In this document: one piece after another, positions 29,262 through 38,555 of the stretch
Layout of the letters: each line of letters starts with the position of its first letter
How positions within the stretch are numbered: position 1 is the first letter of the stretch
NCBI GenBank assembly: GCA_963555815.3
Contig: CAUVWX020000001.1
Span: forward strand, 608,001-672,000
Direction of reading: 5' to 3'
DNA length: 64,000 nucleotides
From: a bacterium
GTDB taxonomy: Bacteria > UBA8248 > JACPRG01 > G963555815
Position numbers and translations under genes: made by a program
Notes under the pieces: generated by a model
What the model was told of the DNA's origin: nothing
What the model saw: only the letters and a program-made list of their open reading frames with translations
Database searches by the model: none

Positions 29262-30167
29262 ATGATCGCTGAAGCCCCGGCCATCGCCGCCGCCCCGCCC
29301 CGTGAGGCCTACCGGCCCTTTGCCGCCTTTGTCTACCGCTTCAAGCAAAACCGGCTTGCCGTCGGCGGCACGCTCGTCATCGGATTCTTCTTCCTTCTCT
29401 CCTTCGTCTTTTGGCTCTTCTCGGTGCAAGGTTTTCAATGGCCTTACGACCCCGCGGCCACTGAGGTCTCGGCCCAGCTTCTGCCGCCGTCAATAGAGCA
29501 CTGGCTGGGGACGGATCAGCTCGGGCGGGACGTTTTCAGTCGGATGATGCACGGGGCCCGAGTCTCACTGATGGTGGGCTTTGTGGCGGTGGGGATCTCT
29601 CTCACCATCGGTATCCTGGTGGGGGCCGTCGCGGGCTTCTTTGGAGGCTGGGTGGACAACCTTCTGATGCGCTTTGTGGACGTGGTCATCTCCTTCCCGA
29701 GCTTCTTCCTCATCCTGACCGTCGTGGCGCTTCTCAGCCCGAGCTTCTGGAACGTCATGGTCGTCATCGGCTTGACGGGGTGGACCGGGACGGCCCGGTT
29801 CGTGCGGGCGGAGTTTTTGTCCATCAAGGAACGGGACTATGTCCAGTCCGCCCGGGCCCTGGGGGCCGGCCACCGGCGCATCATCTTCCGCCACATGCTC
29901 CCCAACTCCCTCGCCCCGGTTTTGGTCTCGGCGACGCTGGGGGTGGCGGGGGCCATCCTGACGGAGGCGGGTCTTTCGTTCCTCGGCTTTGGCGTCCAGC
30001 CTCCTACGGCCACCTGGGGGAACATCCTGACAGAGGGGCGCCTCTATATCTTTGACGCTTGGTGGCTCACGGTCTTTCCGGGACTCGCCATTCTCACCAC
30101 CGTCCTTGCCTTCAACCTCTTCGGCGAGGGTCTGAGGGACGCCCTGGACCCGAGGCTGAAAGGATAA
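29262..30167 (+). CDS. Peptide ABC transporter permease (OppC/DppC type)
   Basis: HWLGTDQLGRDVFSR, HMLPN, EAGLSFLGFG, GEGLRDALDPR. Confidence 0.92.
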   Translation: MIAEAPAIAAAPPREAYRPFAAFVYRFKQNRLAVGGTLVIGFFFLLSFVFWLFSVQGFQWPYDPAATEVSAQLLPPSIEHWLGTDQLGRDVFSRMMHGARVSLMVGFVAVGISLTIGILVGAVAGFFGGWVDNLLMRFVDVVISFPSFFLILTVVALLSPSFWNVMVVIGLTGWTGTARFVRAEFLSIKERDYVQSARALGAGHRRIIFRHMLPNSLAPVLVSATLGVAGAILTEAGLSFLGFGVQPPTATWGNILTEGRLYIFDAWWLTVFPGLAILTTVLAFNLFGEGLRDALDPRLKG

Positions 30168-30239
30168 GAATCGCATAATCGATTGATTTAAAGTGTGTTA
30201 TTTATCCGCTGGTGGGCTCAAAACCTTCGGGTCTTTGCG

Positions 30240-30269
30240 TTGACAGGCGGGGGGGCTGGGGGATAAATT
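30240..30269 (+). promoter_or_regulatory. Promoter of the tRNA gene
   Basis: TTGACA-18 nt-TAAATT upstream of the tRNA. Confidence 0.5.
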
Positions 30270-30300
30270 CTACTTGCGGTTTAAAATTTAAAAGATAGGT

Positions 30301-30387
30301 GCCGAAGTGGTGGAATTGGTAGACACGCCATCTTGAGGGGGTGGTGGGGGAAACCCCGTAGGAGTTCGAGTCTCCTCTTCGGCACCA
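30301..30387 (+). tRNA. tRNA-Leu (anticodon GAG)
   Basis: Acceptor GCCGAAG/CTTCGGC+ACCA, D-loop GGAATTGGTAGAC, anticodon arm CCATC-TTGAGGG-GGTGG, long variable arm, GTTCGAGT T-loop. Confidence 0.96.
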
Positions 30388-30415
30388 GCTTCAATCGTCA
30401 TCCTGCCCTAAAGCC

Positions 30416-30739
30416 TCAAGGCGCCACTTCCCATTCGGCGTTGCTGGTGTTGTAGGCCGTGGTGTGGACCCTGCCGTCCCGCTTAAAATAAATCTTCAGT
30501 TCTTTGTGTCGCTCCGTCTCAAAAATGACCTTCTCGATGTAACGGTAGGTCCAAGTCACATAGCCGCCCTCCAGCCCTCTCTCATGCGGGCTTCCAAGCA
30601 ATTCCTGAATGTCGCTCTGGGTCGTCTCGTTGGCTTGAATCTGAAGAGTGGCCTGCTGATTGAAGTCGCGCCCGACGGTCACGCAACCCCCCACGAAGAG
30701 AATTCCTAAGACAAAGAGCCATTTGCCGAACCTGTTCAT
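30416..30739 (-). CDS. Small lipoprotein, SmpA/BamE-like domain
   Basis: Lipobox VGGC; TT.SDIQELLGSP...WTYRY pattern; RBS AGGAGG. Confidence 0.7.
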   Translation of the reverse strand: MNRFGKWLFVLGILFVGGCVTVGRDFNQQATLQIQANETTQSDIQELLGSPHERGLEGGYVTWTYRYIEKVIFETERHKELKIYFKRDGRVHTTAYNTSNAEWEVAP

Positions 30740-30756
30740 TGAGTCCTCCTTTTCAT

Positions 30757-31527
30757 TCAGCCTTTCCCAACGATGATGTTGGGGATGAGGTTGGCGAACC
30801 AGACGAAGTGAAGGCCGAGGGGGTCCTTCCCCCCATCTTTCAGGGTGGCCCTGACGGAAGAAGAGTGCACGCCCACCAGGTAGACCCGCCGGCGCGACAG
30901 GGGGTCATCGCCCCGCTTGCGCGCGGGGAGCGACGAGGGTTTCAGAATGACGGGGGAGCCGCTGGTCCCCGGGTGAAGGCTCGCATCGATCAAGACAAGG
31001 GGCCTTCCCTGAAAGGGTACGGGGTAGGGGGAGGCCAGCGTCGCATAGCGAATGATGGGGAGGTTGTGGAACTCATCGTGGTAGCCCCTCGGGTAGCCGA
31101 TGACCAGAAGTTCCTGGCCCAGCTCAAAGCCCAGGGCGCCCGGCAAGAAGTCGGCCTCGGAGAGAGCTGAGATGAAGAGGGTTTTTTCGGCGGCGCGCTT
31201 TCGGATCTCATCGACTTCGATGCAGAGGATGTCGGAGTCGCCGGACGGGTCCTCGAGCCAGCGGGGGGAGCCGTCTTCCCGATAGATGGGGAGGGTGACC
31301 CACGTGTTCTTCCGCAGGTCGCGGGCGTCCTCGTGGAGATGGAGGCGGAAGTGGGTGGGACGGAAGTCGCGCTTCTCACTGAGGGCCACGTGGCGGTTCG
31401 TGACGAGGAAGAGCCGCTTCTCCCTGGTGAAGAAGAAGCCGGTGGCCGTCCCGATCTCCTTGTCCTCCTGAAGGGGCTTTATCAGGACGACGCTCAAAAG
31501 GACCGGATTAAGCTTTGGCTTGGCCAT
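30757..31527 (-). CDS. Trypsin-like serine protease
   Basis: ATGFF, LVTNRHV (His), DIL (Asp), IGYP, PGTSGSPV (Ser), LVGVH; start MAKPK, the longer ORF overlaps the ferredoxin. Confidence 0.8.
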   Translation of the reverse strand: MAKPKLNPVLLSVVLIKPLQEDKEIGTATGFFFTREKRLFLVTNRHVALSEKRDFRPTHFRLHLHEDARDLRKNTWVTLPIYREDGSPRWLEDPSGDSDILCIEVDEIRKRAAEKTLFISALSEADFLPGALGFELGQELLVIGYPRGYHDEFHNLPIIRYATLASPYPVPFQGRPLVLIDASLHPGTSGSPVILKPSSLPARKRGDDPLSRRRVYLVGVHSSSVRATLKDGGKDPLGLHFVWFANLIPNIIVGKG

Positions 31528-31612
31528 AGGGATACCGTATGGCAAATAAAACCCCCGGCCCAAGAGGACCAGGGGTCGATCTTTCTTCGGGCTGGACGGT
31601 TCAGGCCCAAGC

Positions 31613-31936
<324 letters not shown>

Positions 31937-32074
31937 TCAGAAAACGGGCCGCCATACACTCTTCAGGGCCCTGTCGAGGGCCCGATGAACAACGGCCACT
32001 ACTACTAATAAAGTTAGTGCTCCCCGGCCCCCGCGTCAACGGTGAACGCCGTAGCAGAAGCCAAGCACAGATAC

Positions 32075-32103
32075 ACGTTATCAATCGCCCCTTTTACTGT
32101 CAA
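32075..32103 (-). promoter_or_regulatory. sigma70-type promoter for the ferredoxin gene
   Basis: Minus strand TTGACA-17 nt-TAACGT; a second TTGACG-17-TAACTT lies at about 32011-32039. Confidence 0.5.
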
Positions 32104-32184
32104 CCCCTTTCCCAGCGCGGCAATCGACCCCCCTTCAAGGTCCTTTAATGGGGGGCCTCGCCGCCCATGCACAAGCCCCGATGT

Positions 32185-33201
32185 TCAGGCGAACCTGGGG
32201 CGGCCAGAGATGTATCCATAATCTTCGAACCAACGGGCGGCGTCAGCGAGGGCGGTCTCGATGGGCGTCTGGGGGATGCCAAGCTCCCGCACGGCCTTGT
32301 CAGAGCGGTAAAACATGTAGTTGCCCGCGTGGCGGACGCCTGCAATAGGAACCCGGGGCGCGCGGTGAGTCACGTAGTTGGAGAGATACTCGTTGGCATA
32401 GGCGATGAGAAGGGCCAGGGAGTGTGGGATTCGAATGCGAGGAGCTTTCAGGCCCGTCACCCCGGCCAGGGTCTCGAAGATCTCCTTTAGTGTGAGATTC
32501 CGATTCGCCAGGATATACCGCTCTCCGGGCCTCCCCTTCTCCATGGCCAGGAGGTGGCCCCGGACCACGTCCCGCACGTCGATGAGGTTGAGACCCGTCT
32601 CGATGTAGGCGGGGAGATTCCCCTTAAGAAAATCCAGGATGAGCTTTCCTGTGGCGGTGGGCTTCACGTCCCAGGGCCCGACGGGTGCGCTTGGGTTCAC
32701 CACGACCACCGGAAACCCGGTGGCATGGACAGCCAGGGCTTCCTTTTCCGCCAGGTATTTCGATTTCCGATAGGACCCGTACAAGGCTTTTACGCCAGGA
32801 TCTGCGGATTCGTCTATGGGCGTCCTATCCGGGGAACCCCCCAGGACCGCAACGGAACTGGTGTGAACGGCCCGCTCCACTCCTGCGTCCCGTGCGGCCT
32901 CCAGGATGGCACGAGTCCCTCCGACGTTAGCGGCGTACGTCCGCTTCTCGTCGCGAGCCCAGAGACGGTAAACGGCCGCCACGTGGTAGAGATACCTGCA
33001 GCCCTCAAGCGCCGGGCGCAGCGTATCCGGCGCCGTGAGGTCCCCCTCGACCCACTCCAGACGCTCCGGTGGCAGATCGGCCAGGTGGGTGCGGAGGCTC
33101 CCGGGCCGAATCAACGCCCGGACGTCATGGCCCTCCGACACCAGGAGACGGATCAGGTTAGTCCCGACAAAGCCAGAGCCCCCTGTCACAAATATTTTCA
33201 T
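32185..33201 (-). CDS. hpnA: NAD-dependent epimerase/dehydratase, HpnA (hopanoid-associated) type
   Basis: TGGSGFVG, HVAAVYRLW, YRKSK, NPSAPVGPWDVKPT.TG, ETGLNLIDVRDV. Confidence 0.75.
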   Translation of the reverse strand: MKIFVTGGSGFVGTNLIRLLVSEGHDVRALIRPGSLRTHLADLPPERLEWVEGDLTAPDTLRPALEGCRYLYHVAAVYRLWARDEKRTYAANVGGTRAILEAARDAGVERAVHTSSVAVLGGSPDRTPIDESADPGVKALYGSYRKSKYLAEKEALAVHATGFPVVVVNPSAPVGPWDVKPTATGKLILDFLKGNLPAYIETGLNLIDVRDVVRGHLLAMEKGRPGERYILANRNLTLKEIFETLAGVTGLKAPRIRIPHSLALLIAYANEYLSNYVTHRAPRVPIAGVRHAGNYMFYRSDKAVRELGIPQTPIETALADAARWFEDYGYISGRPRFA

Positions 33202-33398
33202 TTCAGATGTCCCTGGAGTTGCACGCCGTCAGCGCGGTCCTCAATACCAAATCAAGCTAGGATACTACCAAAGACGAGTGGGGGATTCACATTGACCGAA
33301 CAGAAAGGCGCTGATATCCTCCCACCCTTTCCGGACATTTTCACACCTCTTGCTCCATCTCTTGAGAAAGTTTCAGGAAACGGGGAAAAAGGTCTCAG

Positions 33399-33605
33399 AT
33401 GGGCACTGGTTTCCCTATTCCCGCCGATGGTTCCTCTGAGCTTCTGGCCGCCCGAATCCAGATGGGATCCACGCTCGGGTTCCACATTGTCGTCGCCTGC
33501 CTTGGGGTGGGACTCCCACTCCTCATGCTTTTCGCGGAATGGCGCTTTCTCCGCACGGCCGAGGGTTTTCAGCCTTGCACGACCCTGCACCCTCTTGTAT
33601 CTTGA
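33399..33605 (+). pseudogene. cydA: 5' fragment of cytochrome bd ubiquinol oxidase subunit I
   Basis: LLAARIQMGSTLGFHIVVACLGVGLPLLMLFAEWRFLRT resembles CydA helix I with its heme-ligand His; similarity ends near 33557 and the frame stops. Confidence 0.75.
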
Positions 33606-33635
33606 TATTCAGACTCTTGCGACAGGTGAGAAAAG

Positions 33636-34013
33636 ATGGTCCCACATAAAAAGGCTTCAGATTTTTCTTCCTTAAGGTTGGGGGTCCTCTCCGGCCTGCT
33701 GGGCATCTCCTGTTGCGTGGCGCCCGTTGTCATGGTGCTTCTAGGCCTCAGTTCAGTCTCCGCCGCCATCAGCCTGGGCAATACCCTGTACTACGACTAT
33801 GGATGGTATTTCCGAGGAGCCGCGCTCCTTCTGGCGGGGATCGGTGTCTACATTCACCTGAAGAAAAGGAACGCCTGTAGCCTCCAGGGGGCGAAGTCTA
33901 ATCGGAGGATGATCGCCGTCGTGTCTATCAGCATGGTCGTGGTCTATCTCGGCTTCCTTTTCTTCACCACCTGGCTCGAACAGATCTCTGCATCACCCCC
34001 CTCGCTCCCCTAA
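33636..34013 (+). CDS. MerT/MerF-like small membrane protein with vicinal cysteines
   Basis: Three TM segments, SCCVAP in helix 1, loop Cys in KKRNACS. Confidence 0.6.
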   Translation: MVPHKKASDFSSLRLGVLSGLLGISCCVAPVVMVLLGLSSVSAAISLGNTLYYDYGWYFRGAALLLAGIGVYIHLKKRNACSLQGAKSNRRMIAVVSISMVVVYLGFLFFTTWLEQISASPPSLP

Positions 34014-34125
34014 ACGGTTTCTTGTAAACTTACTTGCAGATTCCCGTCCCAACCTGGGACCACCTTCAAGAGAGGTGACGGATCTCGCAGACTTCCTGAT
34101 TTTCCATTAGAGGAGAGAGAGGACT

Positions 34126-35580
34126 ATGGTCGAGGGAAACCCGTCTTTGGGCGTCCAGCAAAAGCGGGATGCGGACTTCATCTTCCACGAGTTTACGAGA
34201 AGTATCTGTCCTGAATGCCTGAAACTGATCGATGCCGAGATCATTTTCAGAAACAACAAGGTCTACATACGTAAGCGTTGCCCGGAGCACGGCTGGTTCG
34301 AAGGGCTCATCAGCTCCGACGCCGCCATGTACTTGGCCGCTGCCGCCTACAACAAGCCGGGCACCATTCCCCTGAAGTTCAGCACCGAGGTAAAGGACGG
34401 CTGCCCCCTGGACTGCGGCCTGTGCCCTGAGCACAAACAGCACACCTGCACTGCCCTCATTGAAGTAAACACAGGGTGCAACCTCAATTGCCCCATCTGC
34501 TTTGCCGACGCCGGCGACGGCTTTAGCCTCACGCTGGAAGAGGTGGAGCGGATGCTGGACCGGCTCGTGGAGCTGGAGGGGGACCCGGACGTGGTGCAGT
34601 TCAGCGGGGGGGAGCCCACCATCCATCCCCAGATCATGGACATGGTGCGGGCGGCAAAGGCCCGGGGCATCCGCTCTGTCGTGATCAACACCAACGGCGT
34701 ACGGATCGCCAAGGACGACCGCTTCCTGGAGGAATTGGAGGAGGTAAAGCCCTCGATATTCCTTCAGTTCGACGGCCTGGAGCAGGAGACGTACCGGAAG
34801 ATCAGAGGGGAGGATCTTCTGGAGATCAAGCTGCGCTGCCTGGAGCGACTGGCGGAGATAGACCTGAACGTGGTGCTGGTGGCGGCGGTGGAGAGGGGCA
34901 TCAACGAGCACGAGGTGGGCGCTCTGGTGAAATTCGGGATAGAGCATCCTGCAGCGCGAGGCATTCTCTTCCAACCTGTCACCCACACCGGCCGCCACCT
35001 GCCCTTCAACCCCCTGGAGCGCATGACCATACCGGACGTGGTCTACGGCATCGTAGAGCAGTCAGGAGGGGTGTTCAGAAAAGAGGATTTTGTTCCAGTG
35101 CCCTGCTGTTTCCCCACCTGTCAAATGAACACTTACGTGTACGCGGATGACTCGAAGGTGGTGCCTTTGCCGAGGATCGTGCCTGTGGAGCACTACCTGG
35201 ACTACATCTCCAATCGCACTGTGCCCCCGATGCCACCCCCCCCCGAGGTACAGAAGGCGCTGGAATCCCTGTGGTCGTCCTCGGCGGTGGCGGGGTCGGA
35301 AAAGACGGCAAAGGAGTTCGGCTGCGCCTGTGGAGTGGACCTCAGCCCGATTGGGGATCTGAAAAAGCTGAAAAAGCACATCTTCCAGATCGCCATCAAA
35401 GACTTCCTGGATGTTTACACCTTCACCGTCAAGCAGGTGATGAAGTGCTGCGTTGGGGTTCTGGTGCCGGACGGACGCCTCATTCCCTTCTGCGCCTACA
35501 ACACCGTGGGTTACCGGGAACAGGTGAGGGCCCAGCTGGCCAAGCGACCGGAGGAAGCGCGCAATGGTCGACGCCGATAA
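34126..35580 (+). CDS. Radical SAM enzyme of the MJ0619/Tes (tetraether synthase-like) family
   Basis: N-terminal TRSICPEC...CPEHG, GCPLDCGLCPEH, CNLNCPICF (CxxxCxxC), QFSGGEPT, LQFDG, C-terminal KCC...DGRLIPFCAYN. Confidence 0.85.
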   Translation: MVEGNPSLGVQQKRDADFIFHEFTRSICPECLKLIDAEIIFRNNKVYIRKRCPEHGWFEGLISSDAAMYLAAAAYNKPGTIPLKFSTEVKDGCPLDCGLCPEHKQHTCTALIEVNTGCNLNCPICFADAGDGFSLTLEEVERMLDRLVELEGDPDVVQFSGGEPTIHPQIMDMVRAAKARGIRSVVINTNGVRIAKDDRFLEELEEVKPSIFLQFDGLEQETYRKIRGEDLLEIKLRCLERLAEIDLNVVLVAAVERGINEHEVGALVKFGIEHPAARGILFQPVTHTGRHLPFNPLERMTIPDVVYGIVEQSGGVFRKEDFVPVPCCFPTCQMNTYVYADDSKVVPLPRIVPVEHYLDYISNRTVPPMPPPPEVQKALESLWSSSAVAGSEKTAKEFGCACGVDLSPIGDLKKLKKHIFQIAIKDFLDVYTFTVKQVMKCCVGVLVPDGRLIPFCAYNTVGYREQVRAQLAKRPEEARNGRRR

Positions 35581-36361
35581 GGGGACGCGCCCGCAGCTCG
35601 CGTGCTGCTCCGACCTCTACGAGCTGGATCTGGTGCGGGACCTTCTGGGGGACAGTCTGCACCCCGGCGGGCTGGCCCTAACCCGATCCCTCGCCAAGGC
35701 GATGGGCCTGTCCGCAGGGCAACATCTGTTGGACGTGGCCTGTGGCCCTGGCCGCAGCCCCATCATGCTGGCTCAGACCTACAAGTGTCATGTGACGGGG
35801 GTGGATCTGAGTCGAAAAGCTGTAGGGATGGCGCTGGGGGAGGCGCGACGCTACCGCCTGGAGCCTCTCACCACTTTCCTAACAGGCGACGCCTCCTGTC
35901 TTCCCTTTTCACAAGACGTGTTTGACGCCGCCTTTTGTGAATGCTCTCTCACCCTGTTCCCTGATGATCAGAAAGCGTTGGCCGAAATGGCCCGCGCGTT
36001 AAAGCCCGGAGGCCGTTTGGGGCTCAGCGACGTCACTTTTGTCCTGGACGCCCTTCCCCCTTCCCTGGACTTTCTCGAGGCCCAGGCGATGTGCATCCCT
36101 TTTGATACAGGTCCCGAGAAGTACACCCAGGCTATGGAAAGTGTGGGTTTGACGGTGGAGCAGGCGACGGACTGTTCCCAGACGATCTTGCCCCTTCTGG
36201 AAGATATCAGGGCGAAGCTGGGGCTGGTCGCTTCCTTTGCAAAAGACGGCGGCCAAGAGTGGGGCCATCGCCTGGAGGAGACCATCGCCGCGGTCAAAGG
36301 GCTGGTAGAAGACGGCAAGCTGGGTTACTGGACTTTTATCGCCCAAAAGATCTCTAAATAA
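35564..36361 (+). CDS. Class I SAM-dependent methyltransferase
   Basis: LHPGGLALT, LDVACGPG, LPF...FD, LKPGGRL..SD; overlaps radical SAM gene by 17 nt. Confidence 0.88.
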   Translation: MVDADKGTRPQLACCSDLYELDLVRDLLGDSLHPGGLALTRSLAKAMGLSAGQHLLDVACGPGRSPIMLAQTYKCHVTGVDLSRKAVGMALGEARRYRLEPLTTFLTGDASCLPFSQDVFDAAFCECSLTLFPDDQKALAEMARALKPGGRLGLSDVTFVLDALPPSLDFLEAQAMCIPFDTGPEKYTQAMESVGLTVEQATDCSQTILPLLEDIRAKLGLVASFAKDGGQEWGHRLEETIAAVKGLVEDGKLGYWTFIAQKISK

Positions 36362-36476
36362 AAACCTTTAAGCGACCTTCCTGCGAGCATAATTCGGCTA
36401 TCCAACATTTAGGAGCTAAAGATATAAATCTACCCATTCGATGATCGCCGCTACACTGATTGCCCCTTGAATTCCC

Positions 36477-38261
36477 TCACCCGGGGAGGATGATGGGGGA
36501 GTCCGGTCTTTGGGAGGGAGGTTCTTTTGGGGGTTCTCTCTGCTCATAGGGACTGACGATGAGGGAGGACTCAGAGGGTTCCCCAGAGGGAGCTTCTTGT
36601 TCTTCAAGGGTGGCCAGAAGCCTCCTTTTGACGAGACCGAGCAGGAAGGGGTGGTCTACAGGTTCACCTTCTCCTGCTTTTGCCTGATCGGCGGCCGAGA
36701 GGGCCAGACGGGCCGCCTCCTTTCGCCTGAGACAGTAAAAGATATAGGCCATATCGTCCAACCTTCGCCCATATCGCTCGCGCCTGCCCTCATCCATCGC
36801 GGTGTTCGCAGCCTTTCGGCAGATCTCCTCAACCTGACCTTCGCGCTGATGCGGGCTCACGATGAGGGCGCTCTTTTTTAGCCCCCGAACCTCCTCTGCA
36901 AAATCCTCCAGCGCCTCCTCCTCAACAGCCCACCCGGCGAACTCCGGCTCTTTTAAAAGATCTTCCGACTGGCGCCAGAGCTCAGGCCCCGCCTCACTCA
37001 AGATGTCGGCCCGATGAGCCTCCACCGGGGAAACCGGGGTTTCCTCACTCGTGGAGATGAGGGCTTCCACCTGATCTCTATAAAGGGGGTAGTCCTCCGG
37101 GACCTCCACTTGTCGCTCCTGCGTTCTCTGATAGGCCAACCCCAGGAGGTGGGCGCAATAGGGCGTCGGGGCTTCGATGAGGGGGAACTCGTCACGGCTG
37201 AAGGCCGCCTTCAGGAACTCTTTGAGAGCGCGATGGGAGGCCTCAAAGGCCTTGAAGTCGAGGAGGCCCTGGACATCATTGCAGACGCCCTGGAAAAAGA
37301 TCCTCATCCCCCTGGGTTGGGGCCTCGAGATCCCGATCATCTGACTCCCTGAACCATCGATGGCGCTGAGATAGCCCTGGGGGGGCGTCACCGATGGCCG
37401 GTAGATAGCCTTCTTGGCCTGGGACTTGGCCCCTTTCGGGGTCAGACCCCGTTCCCGCAGACGATAAAGGGCGCGGCGAAGGCGCCGGGACGTCTCCTTT
37501 TCAGAATTGGCCTCGAGGAAACTCTCAAGGAGGTCAGCCGCCCTCGGGTCCTCAATCCGGGCGAGGGCGTCAATGGTCTCGGCGTGAAGGCGTGGCTCTC
37601 GACTCTGAAAGAGCCGGATGACGTCAAAGGCGGCCTGAGCGTGGGAGGCCGCCAGTTCGTCCAGCGTGTCCCGACGGAGGTCCGCAGGAAGCTGAAGGAA
37701 TTTGAGAAAGAGCGGGTGGGAGCCGTGAAGGGATTCCGGCCGAAGCCCGGGGAGCCCTTCCAGGACTTCCACAGCGTCGGCCAAGCATTCGGCGAACCCG
37801 CGCTCGAGGGGACTCCCGAGCTCCTCCAGGATCTCAGCCACCTTAAACTTGGCCCTCAAGTCAATGGACGAGTCAAAGACAAGGCGCTCCAGGTGAGGGA
37901 CCGCGGCGTGATCCTCCAACCGCGAGATGACTTCCAAGAGTTCCAGGCGCTCGGCGAGTTTGGCCTCTTCAATCCGCTGGACGAGGGAAGCCAGATAGTC
38001 CCCGCCCCATCGGCGAAGCTCCCCCAAGAGCTCTTCCGCCTCCTGAAAGGTCCCCTCATGTCGGATGGCTTCGAGAACGGTCTTCAGGAACTCGGCGAAC
38101 TTCTTTCGCTTGGAGGCATCGGGGAGAGGAGGCTTCGGCGAGCCCCTTGGGGGCGAAGTGCTCGGACCGTCGGGAGTGGCTTCGCTGAGACCAGGCTGAA
38201 CGACTGGTTCAACTTGCCCAGTCCCGTGTTTCTTTCGAGTTTTTCCAGAATGTTTGGGCAT
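36477..38261 (-). CDS. Hypothetical alpha-helical (HEAT-like) protein
   Basis: 594-codon ORF with protein-like composition and helical repeats; no family recognised; start uncertain. Confidence 0.7.
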   Translation of the reverse strand: MPKHSGKTRKKHGTGQVEPVVQPGLSEATPDGPSTSPPRGSPKPPLPDASKRKKFAEFLKTVLEAIRHEGTFQEAEELLGELRRWGGDYLASLVQRIEEAKLAERLELLEVISRLEDHAAVPHLERLVFDSSIDLRAKFKVAEILEELGSPLERGFAECLADAVEVLEGLPGLRPESLHGSHPLFLKFLQLPADLRRDTLDELAASHAQAAFDVIRLFQSREPRLHAETIDALARIEDPRAADLLESFLEANSEKETSRRLRRALYRLRERGLTPKGAKSQAKKAIYRPSVTPPQGYLSAIDGSGSQMIGISRPQPRGMRIFFQGVCNDVQGLLDFKAFEASHRALKEFLKAAFSRDEFPLIEAPTPYCAHLLGLAYQRTQERQVEVPEDYPLYRDQVEALISTSEETPVSPVEAHRADILSEAGPELWRQSEDLLKEPEFAGWAVEEEALEDFAEEVRGLKKSALIVSPHQREGQVEEICRKAANTAMDEGRRERYGRRLDDMAYIFYCLRRKEAARLALSAADQAKAGEGEPVDHPFLLGLVKRRLLATLEEQEAPSGEPSESSLIVSPYEQREPPKEPPSQRPDSPIILPG

Positions 38262-38555
38262 AAAAATAAAAGGGGGAAAAGAGAACCTTCGATCCCCTGA
38301 AAAGCCTTCAAATGCCGCCGAAACCTTCCCCAGCCAGTATCTAGGGAGCCTGGGCTTTTGTCAACCCCTGGGCTGATGCATGCATTTCAAACACAGGTGC
38401 ACTCCACACCGAGCCAGCGCCTTTTCTGCCCCAGTAGGGTACAATGAATTGCCTCCAGCCCATTCAACGACCACTCCCCATTTACGGGCGCAGGAGGATT
38501 TATCTAAAATGGGACGCACAGGCGTCAAACTTCTCAAATCCTTGGTTCATCGGAG

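Noticed and set aside
32185..35580. hpnA plus Tes-like gene as one lipid biosynthesis cluster
   Set aside because: They are divergent, separated by a cydA remnant, and no other hopanoid genes are present; adjacency is probably incidental
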